The notes beneath the pieces were generated by a model. The model made no database searches and had not been told where the DNA came from. It saw only the letters and a program-made list of their open reading frames with translations. Both the position numbers and the translations under genes were made by a program. Shown piece by piece: positions 14,487 through 28,730 of a stretch of 64,000 bases of DNA. Numbering within the stretch: the first letter of the stretch is position 1; each line of letters begins with the position of its first letter. The stretch covers positions 52,824,001 to 52,888,000 of the forward strand of contig OX597828.1 of assembly GCA_951406725.2 (NCBI GenBank), written 5' to 3'. This stretch comes from Octopus vulgaris (lineage: Eukaryota).

Positions 14487-15296
14487 CAAAATTAGAAAAT
14501 GGAGAAACATACTTAAATCAATAAAACATCAACTATCAGATGATACCCAATCAATACTTTATTACACCATTACATATCAGTAAAGGCATTATACAAAATA
14601 TACAGTAAATGTAAATAGACAAGGAAATATAAGTATAAAATATAAAATATAATATGTAATTAAATCATATCTGACAGCTGTTTCGGCAGCAATTATTATA
14701 TTATTATATATTATATTATATTATATATGTGTAGCATTATGAAGTTATGCATAAGTTTTTATATTTTACATTTTTATATTTTTATATTTATATGTATATG
14801 GAAAAATAATTTTTTCACAATTATAACAAATTAAATTCTCTGAAGAGGCCGTGGGACATCCTTGTTAATGCCTCATCTATACCTGCCTTTATGGCTTATA
14901 GGTTAAATGAGGTATGACTGCCCTTGCTGCCGAAACAGCTGTCAGATATGATTTAATTACATATTATATTTTATATTTTATACTTATATTTCCTTGTCTA
15001 TTTACATTTACTGTATATTTTGTATAATGCCTTTACTGATATGTAATGGTGTAATAAAGTATTGATTGGGTATCATCTGATAGTTGATGTTTTATTGATT
15101 TAAGTATGTTTCTCCATTTTCTAATTTTGTAGTATTAATTTACGGTAATATTATTACCTTTGCCCATATAATACAATAGATGAACTGATTGTTTGGCAAT
15201 TTTTAACATCTATGTATTAGTCTTGTTGGGTACCTATCTAGCAGTATATTGGATATATGTTATCCCATGGTGGGTTGAATTTTCAACCCCTATCTC

Positions 15297-15298
<2 letters not shown>
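14486..15298 (+). mobile_element. Penelope-like non-coding element with perfect 207-bp inverted repeat, inserted in (TA)n
   Basis: 14486-14692 is the reverse complement of 14924-15130; hammerhead core at 14840-14943; terminal hairpin GGGTTGAA-TT-TTCAACCC. Confidence 0.75.
14837..14946 (+). ncRNA. Type I hammerhead ribozyme candidate with ~85-nt extended stem II
   Basis: TCT-CTGAAGA-GGC...GCC-GAAA-C-AGCT-GTC-AGA; palindromic ACAGCTGT stem/loop III; predicted cleavage after 14943. Confidence 0.75.
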
Positions 15299-15340
<42 letters not shown>

Positions 15341-15348
15341 CATATAAA

Positions 15349-15922
15349 ATACAAAATGGGACAAGAACGCAAAATATCCGGACAACTAGGTGATACAAAA
15401 AGGGACAACAAAAATCCAGATAGACGATGCAAAGAAAACAAGGACGAGTCATTCGAAGCTTTCTAACCTCAGTCAAGAACCAGATCATCCTCGCAATTTC
15501 GGCTGTGAAAGTTTTTTATCTCTGCCGTAAGGCTTCATTTCCACACACGCCAGCTTAATTCAATTCGTCCCCAGTCGAAAGACACCTGTTATTATGTCCT
15601 GTTATTATTATTTTTATTGTATTTATATTGTATTTATATTTGTGTAACATTGTCTGTTTTTCTGTCCTTCTTTTTGTATATATTCGATGCTTTCTTCCAA
15701 GGAATCTAATGCTCTTAGCTTAGTTTTTCCTTGGGGCTGGCCAGAATGGAGCAATCTCAAGATTAATCTGCCGAAATTGCGAGGATGATTTGGTCATTGA
15801 GTGAGGATAGAAAGCTCCGAATGACCCGTCCTTGTTTTTTTGTATCGTCTATCTGGATGTTTTGTTGACCCTCTTTGTATCACCAAGTTGTCCGGATGTT
15901 ATGCGTTCTTGTCCCATTTTGC

Positions 15923-15925
<3 letters not shown>
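15349..15925. mobile_element. Inverted pair of diverged copies of a (TA)n-associated repeat (15349-15505 and its reverse complement at 15770-15925)
   Basis: TACAAAATGGGACAAGAACGC...CCTCGCAATTTCGGC and its reverse complement; third copy at 61918-62078. Confidence 0.75.
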
Positions 15926-15997
<72 letters not shown>

Positions 15998-16289
15998 GTA
16001 CAATATTCGTCTCTTAACACGTTTCTCATTGAAGAGCTCAATGATCTTCTGAACCAAGTGATGAAAACCGGGGTGCTGAGCAGTAGAGCTCAACCCGCAT
16101 ATGCAGCGGTTGTAGTGGTGACATTGGGATTCATGGTGCTAATAATGGTTATAGCTTTAGTGATGATATTACCTGTGGTAGTTATGGTGATTATGGTAGA
16201 GGTGGTGATGATGGAAGGGGATGATGGTTGTGTTTGTTGTGGTCATGGCAGTGGTGGGGATGACGCTGGAAGCAGAAGTGTTATGTATA

Positions 16290-16350
16290 ATGTTGATGAT
16301 GGTGATGATGATGATGATGATGGTGGTGGTGGCGATAATGGCGGTGGTAG

Positions 16351-16403
<53 letters not shown>

Positions 16404-16637
16404 CTGATGATGATGATGAGGAGGAGGAGGAGGATGATGAGGATGATGATGATGACGATGATGATGATAATGACGATGATGATGATGATGATGACGATGA
16501 TGACGATGATGACGATGTTGATGATGACGATGATGACGATGATGACGATGATGACGATGTTGATGATGATGACGATGATGATGATGACGATGATGATGAT
16601 GATGATGGTGATGGTGATGATGATGGTGATGCTGATG

Positions 16638-16669
<32 letters not shown>

Positions 16670-17190
16670 GATGATGAGGATGATGATGATGATGGCGATG
16701 ATGATGATGATGAGGGGGAGGATGATGATGAGGACGAGGATGATAATAATGATGATGATGATGATAATGACGAGGATGATGATGATGGCGATGATGATGA
16801 TGATGATGGCGATGATGGCGATGATGATGATGATGATGAGGGGGAGGATGATGATGAGGACGAGGATGATAATAATGATGATGATGATGATAATGACGAG
16901 GATGATGATGATGGCGATGATGATGATGATGATGGCGATGATGGCGATGATGATGATGATGAGGGGGAGGATGATGATGAGGACAAGGATGATAATAATG
17001 ATGATGATGATGATAATGACGAGGATGATGATGATGGCGATGATGATGATGATGATGATGATGACGACGATGGCGATGACGATGATGATGCTGATAACGA
17101 TGATGATGATGATGATAATGATGACGATGATGATGGTGATGATGATGGTGATGATGGTGATGATGAGGGTGATGGTGGTGGTAGTAAATG
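16290..17190. repeat. (GAT)n-based compound repeat with a ~123-126-bp higher-order unit
   Basis: Landmark GAGGGGGAGGAT recurs at 16712, 16838 and 16961. Confidence 0.95.
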
Positions 17191-18072
17191 ATGGTGTATT
17201 TCTTGTGTGCCAGGAATAATGAATGGTAGCGATAGAGATTTAGCAACAATTGAGATTTGAAGAACTCGCTTCTCTCTCTTGTATTTATTTATTTATTTAT
17301 TTTCTTTCGTTCTGAAACTTTCTGTAAAAAGACACCAAAATGGCATACATGTCTCCAGTGTCAGATCCTTTTATTAATCTTCCATTCATTCATTCGTTTA
17401 TTCTCACATTCCCCTATCTCACACACACACACACACATACACAAGCATGCACTTTCACACACTGAAGCTAACTCACATAGTCACCCCCCCCACACACACA
17501 CACACACACTTTTCTACTTGATACCTATACGTCACATACGAACGCATGCACGCATGTGTTGTTCAACAATGATCACCATTTAGAGCACCCCCTCTCTCTC
17601 TCTCTCTCTGTCTCTCTCTCACTCACTCTCACACACACTCACTCTCTCGTTCTCAATCTCTCTTCCTCTCCTCTCTCACTCTCTTACGATTTCATTTAAT
17701 CCCTCCTTCCATTATGACACACGTATATCGCGCTGAGAACGTGCAGGTATTTGCCATATAAACCAACCCGAGTGCACCCAGAGAAGTGTGTGCATGTGTG
17801 TGCATGTCTGAGTGTGTGCATGTGTGAGTGTGTATGTGCACGCATATATACATATATATATATCTATATATGTTTATACAAATATATATATGTATATATG
17901 TCTATATATATATATATATATGTATGTATATATATATGTATATATATATGTATATATGTATGTATACATATATATGTATATATATATATACATATATATA
18001 TAGATAGATAGATGTATATATATATATGTGTATATATATATATATATATGTATGTATATATGTATATATATG

Positions 18073-18109
<37 letters not shown>

Positions 18110-18114
18110 ATATG

Positions 18115-18178
<64 letters not shown>

Positions 18179-18671
18179 TACACACGCACTCATCCACGAG
18201 CACGCATGTAACAGATATTGTAAGTGTGAGAAGCGCGCTTCCTATATCACTCATACCGTGTATTAGTGCCTACGTGTATCTGTGTAGATGTGTGCGTGCG
18301 TGTTATGTAAACCATCGAGGAAGAGAGACAAGTGAAGGAGATTTTTGTTTGTTTACAGTTGTTGTTGCATTTTTTTTTCTTTTCTTTTTTGCATTTGTAT
18401 TTTATTATCCAATCAGGCCCCCTATTGACTCTATTATGATAGAATAATTTCTCACGCTAAGCCACCAACTCCAACTGAATAGGGGTGTAAATGGTACCGA
18501 ACGATGATGCGTCACCTCCTTCTATTAGAATGATTTAATGTTATCTGCCAGAAAGGAATATTCTTCATTCTTAAAGCAGCACTTCTTACAAAATGTACGA
18601 GTTTTATGCTAGCAAAAATGAAAAATAAAAGGGAAAAAAAAAAAAGGAAAATTCTGATTATTTAAAAGCAC

Positions 18672-18745
<74 letters not shown>

Positions 18746-18756
18746 CATACACACAC

Positions 18757-18848
<92 letters not shown>

Positions 18849-20194
18849 ATATATATTAGAAAGAAACGGAAAGGTTTTGAAATGTATATTGCAATTGCTG
18901 ATAATTCAACAGTTTTTTTTTTAATATTTTTTTTATTAAAGAAAAATTTCAAAAGATAGAAATATTTAGAAATCGATGAAATATTTGCAACAAAACACTT
19001 GTGAATGGCAGAGAAGAAAAAAGCGTTTAGTTCAAAGGAATCCTAAAACGTCTTAGATTGATGTTCACTTCTGAACTGAATGTTAAAACTAAATTGCAGC
19101 CATTAACACACCAGCTGTGTAAAATATCTTTTCACACTGCGTCAGCAATTGTTTCGGTGAAATGTATAGGAGACATGCTTTCTGGAACCTAACCATTCCG
19201 TGTCATAAAAACTTTGGAAAGGAATGATAGCTTCAAATCTCTGTATCCTCAGTTAATTTTGTATGATAATAAAGATTTTCTGCACCTATGTAATACAACC
19301 TTAATATACCAACCTTCTACAGTGATACACCTGAAACGAAGAACAAGCCCCTAAATCATCATTTGATTTGCTTGAAAGAACAGCCAGATCTTATAAATTT
19401 CATGTTAAAAATGATACAACAGAAACCGAAGCAGGTTTTTCGTAGCCTCGTGCTTTTTCCATAGTTTTTCTTAACTCTGGTTTATCTCCGTTTGACCAAC
19501 AACTACAATAATATTCCAGACAGACTCGTTGCTGATGTGACTCAGCAACGTTCATCACTTCTGTTTATTCATTACTGATCTAAAGACTAACTTTTGAACT
19601 ACTGTTGCTGAGCCTGGTAGTCAAGTATTGCATTAATCGAGTATTACATTAATGTAAATGTGGTACTAAACGGTCCCGGTTCAATTCCTCAGCAAAGTCA
19701 TGGTTTATGAATCATCCCTGACTTTGATACCGTATGTTGGATCCTCAGCCAGCAATAACAAAAAATGCGACAGTACACTGATGCACCCCTATCACGGGGT
19801 CGAAAACATCTCTGTGTTCCCATTTTTTAATCTATCAATTTAAATATTTTCCGGTAAAGGGATCAGATCCACCCGTTATGCAACATCATCAAGCCGAGTC
19901 TTGATCTAAAGCAGCCTTAGTGCGGTCAATTTCATCGACTTCAAAACGGGCCTTCGATCTCACGTACAAGGAAGATGGCTCGTTAACGCTCAAATCAAGT
20001 TGCATTAGTGTTGAAATTGGTATACTAATGATCGATGGAAGACTATAACATTTCAATAGATATATTAATACTCCATGAAAGATCGTCATGCTGTGTGGAG
20101 TATCCATCGCTATATCAATATCGCGTGATCATTTACGCAGGGTACAAGATGCTGTGCTAGTTAATGTATAATTACTGTATAGTTGTCATAACTG

Positions 20195-20236
<42 letters not shown>

Positions 20237-20408
20237 ACACGCACATATGTATGTAGTTATATGATATATTCACTTATGAATTAGACACAGCTCCAGTACT
20301 GTAAACATTAACAAACACATGTTCAATGATGTGCAATGATACGATGTGCAATGATGTGGACAATTAAAGCAGATGCACTGAGTACGTGTGTTCGATAATA
20401 TATACTTA

Positions 20409-20502
<94 letters not shown>

Positions 20503-20507
20503 AGGTA

Positions 20508-20543
<36 letters not shown>

Positions 20544-20726
20544 TACCTTTTGTGAAAGACCGAAGATTGATGACGTCATTTTACCTGGAAAGAAACGCAG
20601 TTATTCTGGCTTAATTTTGAATGTTTCGTCGTTTCATTTTAATAAACAGTCAATTTATTACCAATAACAGTTGCGCTCTTCTTCTTCTTCTTCTTCTTCT
20701 TCTTCTTCTTCTACTACTACTACTAC

Positions 20727-20767
<41 letters not shown>

Positions 20768-20774
20768 GTAATAA

Positions 20775-20990
20775 TCCTTTCTGATATAGGTACAAGGTAT
20801 GAAATTTAGTGGGAGGGGGCCAGTCGATTAGATCTACTCCAATACGCAACTGGTATATAATTTATTGACACCGAAAGGATGAAAAAACAAAGTCGACCTT
20901 GGTGGAATTTGAACTCGGAACGTAAAGACAGACGAACAACCACTAAGCATTTCTCCCCCGTGCTAACGATTCTGCAAGTTCGCCGCCTTA
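20775..20990 (-). mobile_element. SINE family A, tail variant 1
   Basis: Reverse complement of the 1-195 type, flanked by (AAT)n. Confidence 0.8.
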
Positions 20991-21080
20991 AGAAAAATAA
21001 TAATGATAACAACAACAATAACAATAACAACAACAACAATAACAATAATAATTATTATTATAATAATGATAATAATAATA

Positions 21081-21263
<183 letters not shown>

Positions 21264-22093
21264 CTTCTGGAGCATGGCGATAAAATAAGAGAGATGAGCT
21301 CGCTAAAATTGTTTGTTTTGTATGATTCGTTTCCAACGCTTGCAATAATTGGATGGTGCCGATGTAAGCCATTGATTTCATTCGTTCTTTGTTCTCAATA
21401 CGTTTGTAACAAAAAATTCTAAGTCACTCTTAACCGAAGCTTTAAAACAATTTTCAAAACAAAATGCAATTCTTAAATATTAAATAGGTCTTCGACATAG
21501 AATATAAAACAAATAAATAAAATAAGAATCGTCACAGAGAAATTAGACGACAAAATGTCTAGGAAGTAAAGGATTTTTATTTTAACATTAATAATTCCAA
21601 ATTCTTTGAAACTATTTCTTTGTTCTAAAATTTAATGTTAATTCTCAGTTAATACCGGCCCGAAGCAATTGTAGAAAATAATTCTTACATTCCAATTCCG
21701 ACTATTTTGTGAAGAATTATCAAAAATGTTGCATTAGGAAACATTACGGCTTTTACACAACATTCTTATACATTTTATCATCATCATCATCACCATCATT
21801 ATCGTCGTCGTCGTCGTCGTCATTATCACCATCGTCGTCATCATTAACATTATGATGACCATGCATATTTCCCTCCTCCTCCTCCTCCTCCTCCACCTCC
21901 TTCCCCTCCACATCATCATCATTGTAATCAGCTTCATCAATATCTATAAAGCTGAAATGCGAAAAAGTTGTTTGATTTCTTGGTTATTTCTCTCATTTTG
22001 GGTTTAACGGAATTTCGTCCGTCTACACGTTCTGAGTTCAAATTCCGCCGAGATCGACTTTGCTTTTCATCATTTTGGGGTCGGTAGAGAGTT

Positions 22094-22300
22094 AATCCAA
22101 ACATGAACAAAGGGAAAACACAACGCGAGGACGTGGAACGAGTATAGTGTTATTGGACGTTAAATCCTCCTCGTTAAAGAAGGAGGATTTAGCGTTCCGA
22201 GCGGAGCTCTTCGTCAGAAAAATAGAAAGAGGAAAGGTCCAAGGAAGGAAATAGCCAAAGATACGGAAGGGAATGGGTGAAGAAAACGTTCTTTCAAAGA
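22094..22300 (-). mobile_element. Penelope-like fragment with degenerate hammerhead motif (22187-22221)
   Basis: Minus strand CTGACGA-A-GAGC-TCC-GCTC-GGAA-CG; homolog of 7779-7980. Confidence 0.6.
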
Positions 22301-22416
22301 CAGGAGAGTGCAAGTGAAGGTGGTATGTGTATGTGGGGGGTATGTGCGTGCGCACAAGTCTCTGTGTGTGTGTGTGGTTGTGGCCGTTTATGTGTGGTTG
22401 GGCTTAGTATCTATAT

Positions 22417-22464
<48 letters not shown>

Positions 22465-22465
22465 T

Positions 22466-22577
<112 letters not shown>

Positions 22578-22578
22578 C

Positions 22579-22670
<92 letters not shown>

Positions 22671-22689
22671 CGAATATGGTAGTCTAAGA

Positions 22690-22977
22690 CAGTGCTTCTC
22701 AAACTATCGTAGCGGCAGTTTTTTTTTTCAGTGTCCAGGGACTGGTAGTATTTCTTAGTAATATCAATTTATACCGAAACAATATATATAAGGAATATAA
22801 TAAAATTTGGAAATATTTTTTTTATCTTATATTTATTTTGTCAACAAATAATACAATATTACATAAGCATTTTATAAGCATTTTATAACGTTTCTTTTCT
22901 GGAAATTCGCCGCGTACCAGCAGCTGATGGCTCGGAGACCGGCACCGATCCGCGGACCACCACTCTGAGTAGCACTG
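22690..22977. mobile_element. hAT-superfamily MITE (Charlie-like ends)
   Basis: TIRs CAGTGCTTCTCA / TGAGTAGCACTG; perfect 8-bp TSD GTCTAAGA at 22682-22689 and 22978-22985. Confidence 0.92.
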
Positions 22978-23039
22978 GTCTAAGAAACAGGTTTGAGTAA
23001 CCATTTAGTTTAATATTACTATATAAGACATAACATTAA

Positions 23040-23315
23040 AACAATAACGAACGTGTGTGCTTGTGTAAAACCTCTGAATGCAGTGCAAACCACAAGGTTT
23101 GCATATCCAACGGAGGCCTCAAAAGACTTTCTAAGATCCACAAAGAGCAGATCTTATCTGTAGCTCTTGGTGGTCCAAATCGGAGGTTCAATCTATGTGG
23201 GTGTCTTTTCAGAACATTGTCTGGTTTAAAAAGCCACATCAGATGCCATGACGGCGATAAGGTGAAGGTACAGGAGGTGGTCAAATTCTGCATAAGGAGT
23301 AGACAACCAGCATAA
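23040..23315 (+). mobile_element. Probable LINE (RTE-like) 3' end with degenerate C2H2-like fingers
   Basis: KVCISNGGLKRLSKIH and LCGCLFRTLSGLKSHIRCH; no TGEKP linkers; followed by a simple-repeat tract. Confidence 0.5.
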
Positions 23316-23505
23316 TATTATATATAATGTATGTATGTATGTATGTATGTATGTATGTATGTATGTATGTATGTGTGTGTGTATGTATTATGTATGTATG
23401 TACAGAACTTTGCTGGATGGGAGATTCTGCGTTTACTTTGCTGAGGCATTACGATACTAATAATGTGTAGAACTCAATATACATACATTATATATATATA
23501 TATAT

Positions 23506-24489
23506 ATATGTTAATAAAATAGAACATATGCGTATATATAAACATATATGTACGTACCTACCTCTACATGTACATATACACGCATATATGTGTACAGGAC
23601 ACCAAAAAGACGTCGAACACATAGAGAGACGAAAAACATAGACACAAACCAAGGAACAGGACAAGCAAAAAAAAAGGGATACAAGACAATTAGCACAACG
23701 AAAAATCCCCTTCTTCAGTCGCTAAGGTTTCATCTACTCTACGTTTCGAAGGATAAAAGCGATATATAAACATTGGAAAAATAAATATATAACAGTGAGA
23801 GACAGGACAAGGAGAACAAGATAAGAAGGGCTGTTTACGCCAGACGAAAAAAGTATTGCAAACGCTGGATTATAGTGGACGACGAGAGAGCAGGAATGTC
23901 GACCAGTGGCCTTAGAAGGCGGGCGAGAAAAGACAGGATAGCAGTTACGACGGAAGTATCGTCGCAGATGGACGACGGGAATGGGGGAGGAGGAGCAAGA
24001 GGAAGAGAGAGAATAAGGGGAATGGTGCGAGGAGACCATGAAGAATGGTGAGGGGGAGAGAGAGAATGAAGAATGAGAGAGAGAGAGGAAGAGACAAGTT
24101 AAGTGAGGGAAAAAAGACGAAAAAGGGAATGGGATAGAAAGAAAGAAAGATGCAGAGTCGCGTGAGAGTTAATATCAAGGCTAACTTGATAAACAGAACA
24201 ATCTTACTTAATAGGGTGCGTGCGTTTAGTCGTATAATATGTTAATAAAATAGAACATATGCGTATATATAAACATATATGTACGTACCTACCTCTACAT
24301 GTACATATACACGCATATATGTGTACAGGACACCAAAAAGACGTCGAACACATAGAGAGACGAAAAACATAGACACAAACCAAGGAACAGGACAAGCAAA
24401 AAAAAGGGATACAAGACAATTAGCACAACGAAAAATCCCCTTCTTCAGTCGCTAAGGTTTCATCTACTCTACGTTTCGAAGGATAAAAG

Positions 24490-24498
<9 letters not shown>
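23506..24498. mobile_element. ~731-bp-period non-coding element with ~260-bp terminal direct repeats, inserted in (TA)n
   Basis: 23506-23768 matches 24237-24498 except for one poly-A indel; (TA)n on both sides. Confidence 0.8.
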
Positions 24499-24553
<55 letters not shown>

Positions 24554-24559
24554 ATATAC

Positions 24560-24663
<104 letters not shown>

Positions 24664-24666
24664 TTA

Positions 24667-24788
24667 TATGGCCTGCTCGCTTAGCCAGCGGGGTGGCGTC
24701 ATTCGAAGGCTAAAACAATGCGAACGCATTGTGACCAGCGATGTGTAACAACATCTGATGGTCTGGTCGGTCACGTGATCACGTGATA
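24667..24788 (+). repeat. Interspersed repeat 3' end terminating in TCACGTGATCACGTGA
   Basis: Degenerate homolog near 36300-36365 (GCGCATTATGACCAGCG...AACATC). Confidence 0.5.
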
Positions 24789-24803
24789 TACATATATATA
24801 CAT

Positions 24804-24843
<40 letters not shown>

Positions 24844-24927
24844 ACATACATTTATACATGTATACATATATGTATATATATATACACACACACACATACC
24901 TAAATACATACACTCACATGTATTTGG

Positions 24928-24962
<35 letters not shown>

Positions 24963-24983
24963 CACACACGCACATGCACACAC

Positions 24984-25024
<41 letters not shown>

Positions 25025-25687
25025 AATGCACGCACTTGTTTCTATTGTTGAAGGCAAGTTTAAAGACAATGAACCGGTCTTGAGCGAACGTTGAAGTTAT
25101 AAAAGAAAAACCTGTAACGTACTTTAATGAACTGTACCGAGAAAAGATGGTGGCATTGATAGGAGTTTGCTGACAATGACGAAAAAGAGGTTAGGGAGAA
25201 TACTGCCTATTGAAAGACACCATCTACATAAACACACACATATATACACACATACACACGCGCGCGCATCAGATATGGAAATGTGTATGCGTACGTGTCG
25301 TATTCTATGTTTAACCGTGTGTATGAACGTTCATATCCAGAGCTGTCGTTTTTTTTTTATAATGATGTCGCCGAGGACAGCAAAGACGGTGATGATGATT
25401 GTGTCAACAATGAGAACGCTGGCCATTGTATACTTCGCTCGGATGCTCCGGAGAAGCGGTACGCAAACATACGAAGTATATCTGTATGTAAGCATGGACA
25501 CGCACAGACACACGCATTCATAAATATATATATATAGCGTAAGGCTGTATGTACACAGGCGCATATATATACACTGGAAATTATTGTTGTGATATACATA
25601 ACGACAAATATTGATTGTATAGTTGCCTCATAACAAGCAGTGTTTAACAATAATCTAACGAGACATTAAATACTACTAATAATAATA

Positions 25688-26525
25688 ATCCTTTCTACTA
25701 AAGGCACAAGGCCTGAAATTTTCTTTTTTTTTGGGGGGGGGGAGACTAGTCGATTACATCGACCCCAGTGTTTGACTGGTATTTATTTTATCGATCACAA
25801 AAGGATGAAAGACAAATTCAATCACGGTAACATTTGATCTCAGAAGTCAAAGATCCGTAAGAAATGCAGCCAACTATTTTATTCGGTGCGAAAATGTGTC
25901 TGGTCACTCGACGCATTCTAGTCGTTTCAAAATTTTGTCACACCTCTTTAAAACAGATCAACTAGTATTTCCTTTTATCGATCCTGAAGAATAAAAAAGC
26001 AAAATTGACTTCGACGGAATTTGAACTCAGGTAAAGTGTTGGTAGCAATATCGCTTAGCATTTTGTCGATCGCTTTAGGTCAACGCCTCCAACAATAACC
26101 CTTTTCTGTTATAGGTACAAGGCCTGAAATTTTGGAGGAGGGGAACAGTGGATTAGATCGACCTCAGTATGCAACTGGTACTTAATTTTCAGAGCCTGAA
26201 AGGATAAAAGGCAAAGTGGATCTCGGCGGAATTTGAACTCAGAATGTAGCGATGGGTGAAGTACTCTTTAAGTATTTTGCCCAGCATGCTAACGATTCAG
26301 CCAGCTCGCCGACTGACCGCTAGCAATAACAATAATCCTTTCTACTATAAGGGGAAGGCCTGAAATTCGTGGCTAAGGGGATATTCGATTATATAAACCC
26401 CAGTGCTCGGCAGGTACTTTATTTTATCGCTCCCGAAAAGATGAAAGCAAAGTTGAGTTCGGCGATATATGAACTCGGATTGTAAAGACGGACGAAATGC
26501 TACAATGCGTTCTGTTCGGCGCGGT
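25688..26525 (-). mobile_element. Cluster of four co-oriented, diverged SINE family A copies
   Basis: Repeated AATCCTTTCTAC...GGCCTGAAATT...GAAAGGATGAAAG...ATTTGAACTCAG blocks near 25688, 25960, 26095 and 26333. Confidence 0.8.
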
Positions 26526-26546
26526 AATACTTATGCAAATATTACA

Positions 26547-26836
26547 GTGAAGACGCGTGGCTTAATGGTTAGGGCATTCCACTCACGATTGTAAGGTTGT
26601 GAGTTCGATTCCCGGCGACGCGTTGTGTCCTTGAGGAAGACACTTTATTTCACGCTGCTCCAGTCCACTCAGCTGGCAAAAATGAGTTGTAACTGTATTT
26701 CAAAGGGCCAGCCTTGTCACACTCTGTGTCACGCTGAATCTCCCCGAGAACTACGTTAAGGGTACAAGTGTCTGTGGAGTGCTCAGCCACTTGCACGCCA
26801 ATTTTACGAGCAAGCTGTGTGTGATTGTGTGTGTAT

Positions 26837-26883
<47 letters not shown>

Positions 26884-26948
26884 GAAATAGACAGACAAAT
26901 AGATCATATCAGCTGGGACCCTCGTCGTCGTAATTGATAGAGTGCTCC
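26547..26948 (+). mobile_element. SINE family D (tRNA head + CORE-like TTGTGTCCTTGAG segment) sharing the family B tail 1, interrupted by (GT)n
   Basis: GGTTAGGGC...GTTCGATTCCC head; tail CTGTATTTCAAAGGGCC...CCCTCGTCGTCGTAA; degenerate minus copy at ~51430-51620. Confidence 0.8.
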
Positions 26949-27037
26949 TTATATATATGTGTGTGTGTATGTATATATATATATGTATAAATATATATAT
27001 ATATAAATAAATATATATATATGTATATATATATACA

Positions 27038-27088
<51 letters not shown>

Positions 27089-27164
27089 CGTGTGTGTGTT
27101 TGTGTGTGTGTGTGTGTATGTATATATATATATATATATATATACATATATACATTTAAATATT

Positions 27165-27199
<35 letters not shown>

Positions 27200-27250
27200 G
27201 CATATGTATGTATAAATATATATATATATAAATAAATAAATATATATGTA

Positions 27251-27312
<62 letters not shown>

Positions 27313-27904
27313 TTATACAAGCACATACATATAGAGATACGTAAAAAGGGTCGTGTATATAAATATCTATATGTATATATGTGTCTGTGTCTATGTATAT
27401 CCGTATGTTATTTTCTTCATGCAATGTGTGTGTGTGTGTGCTCGTATGCGTGTGCGTTTGTGTGCATGTATGTGTGTGCACGTATATGTGTGTGTATGTG
27501 TGTGTGTGTGTATTTTTATCCCGTGTGAACTAGTGAATGTGTATGTATATTAATCCCCTCGTACCATTTATCACTGCCATGTCGGATATTTTTAACCCCG
27601 AACTACAGCACTTACTCTCTACATAATCCAGTTAGAGCCTTTTTTATATTAAGGAGATTAGTGATAACTATAGAAATATCGATCCGCATAGATCCAGCTT
27701 ACAATGCGAAGATATAATTACATCACTCTGTTGATGTATTGTTTACCACGGTGCTAGATGCGCGGTAGTCCGGGCCGCCTTGCTGGCGTCCCACTACACA
27801 TGATGTGCCGTACAAGTGTGTGTGTATATGTGTATGTATCTGTGTATATATGTTTTAGTGTCTTTATATGCGTATGCATGTATCTGTGTGTGTTTGTGCG
27901 TGTA

Positions 27905-27935
<31 letters not shown>

Positions 27936-27946
27936 CTAGATATATA

Positions 27947-28730
<784 letters not shown>

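Noticed and set aside
18405-18520. CCAAT box plus CRE-like TGCGTCA as a promoter
   Set aside because: Short motifs expected by chance; no linked exon or CpG island
23055-23315. Host C2H2 zinc-finger gene
   Set aside because: Only two degenerate fingers, no TGEKP linkers or clear splice context; better explained as a LINE 3' end
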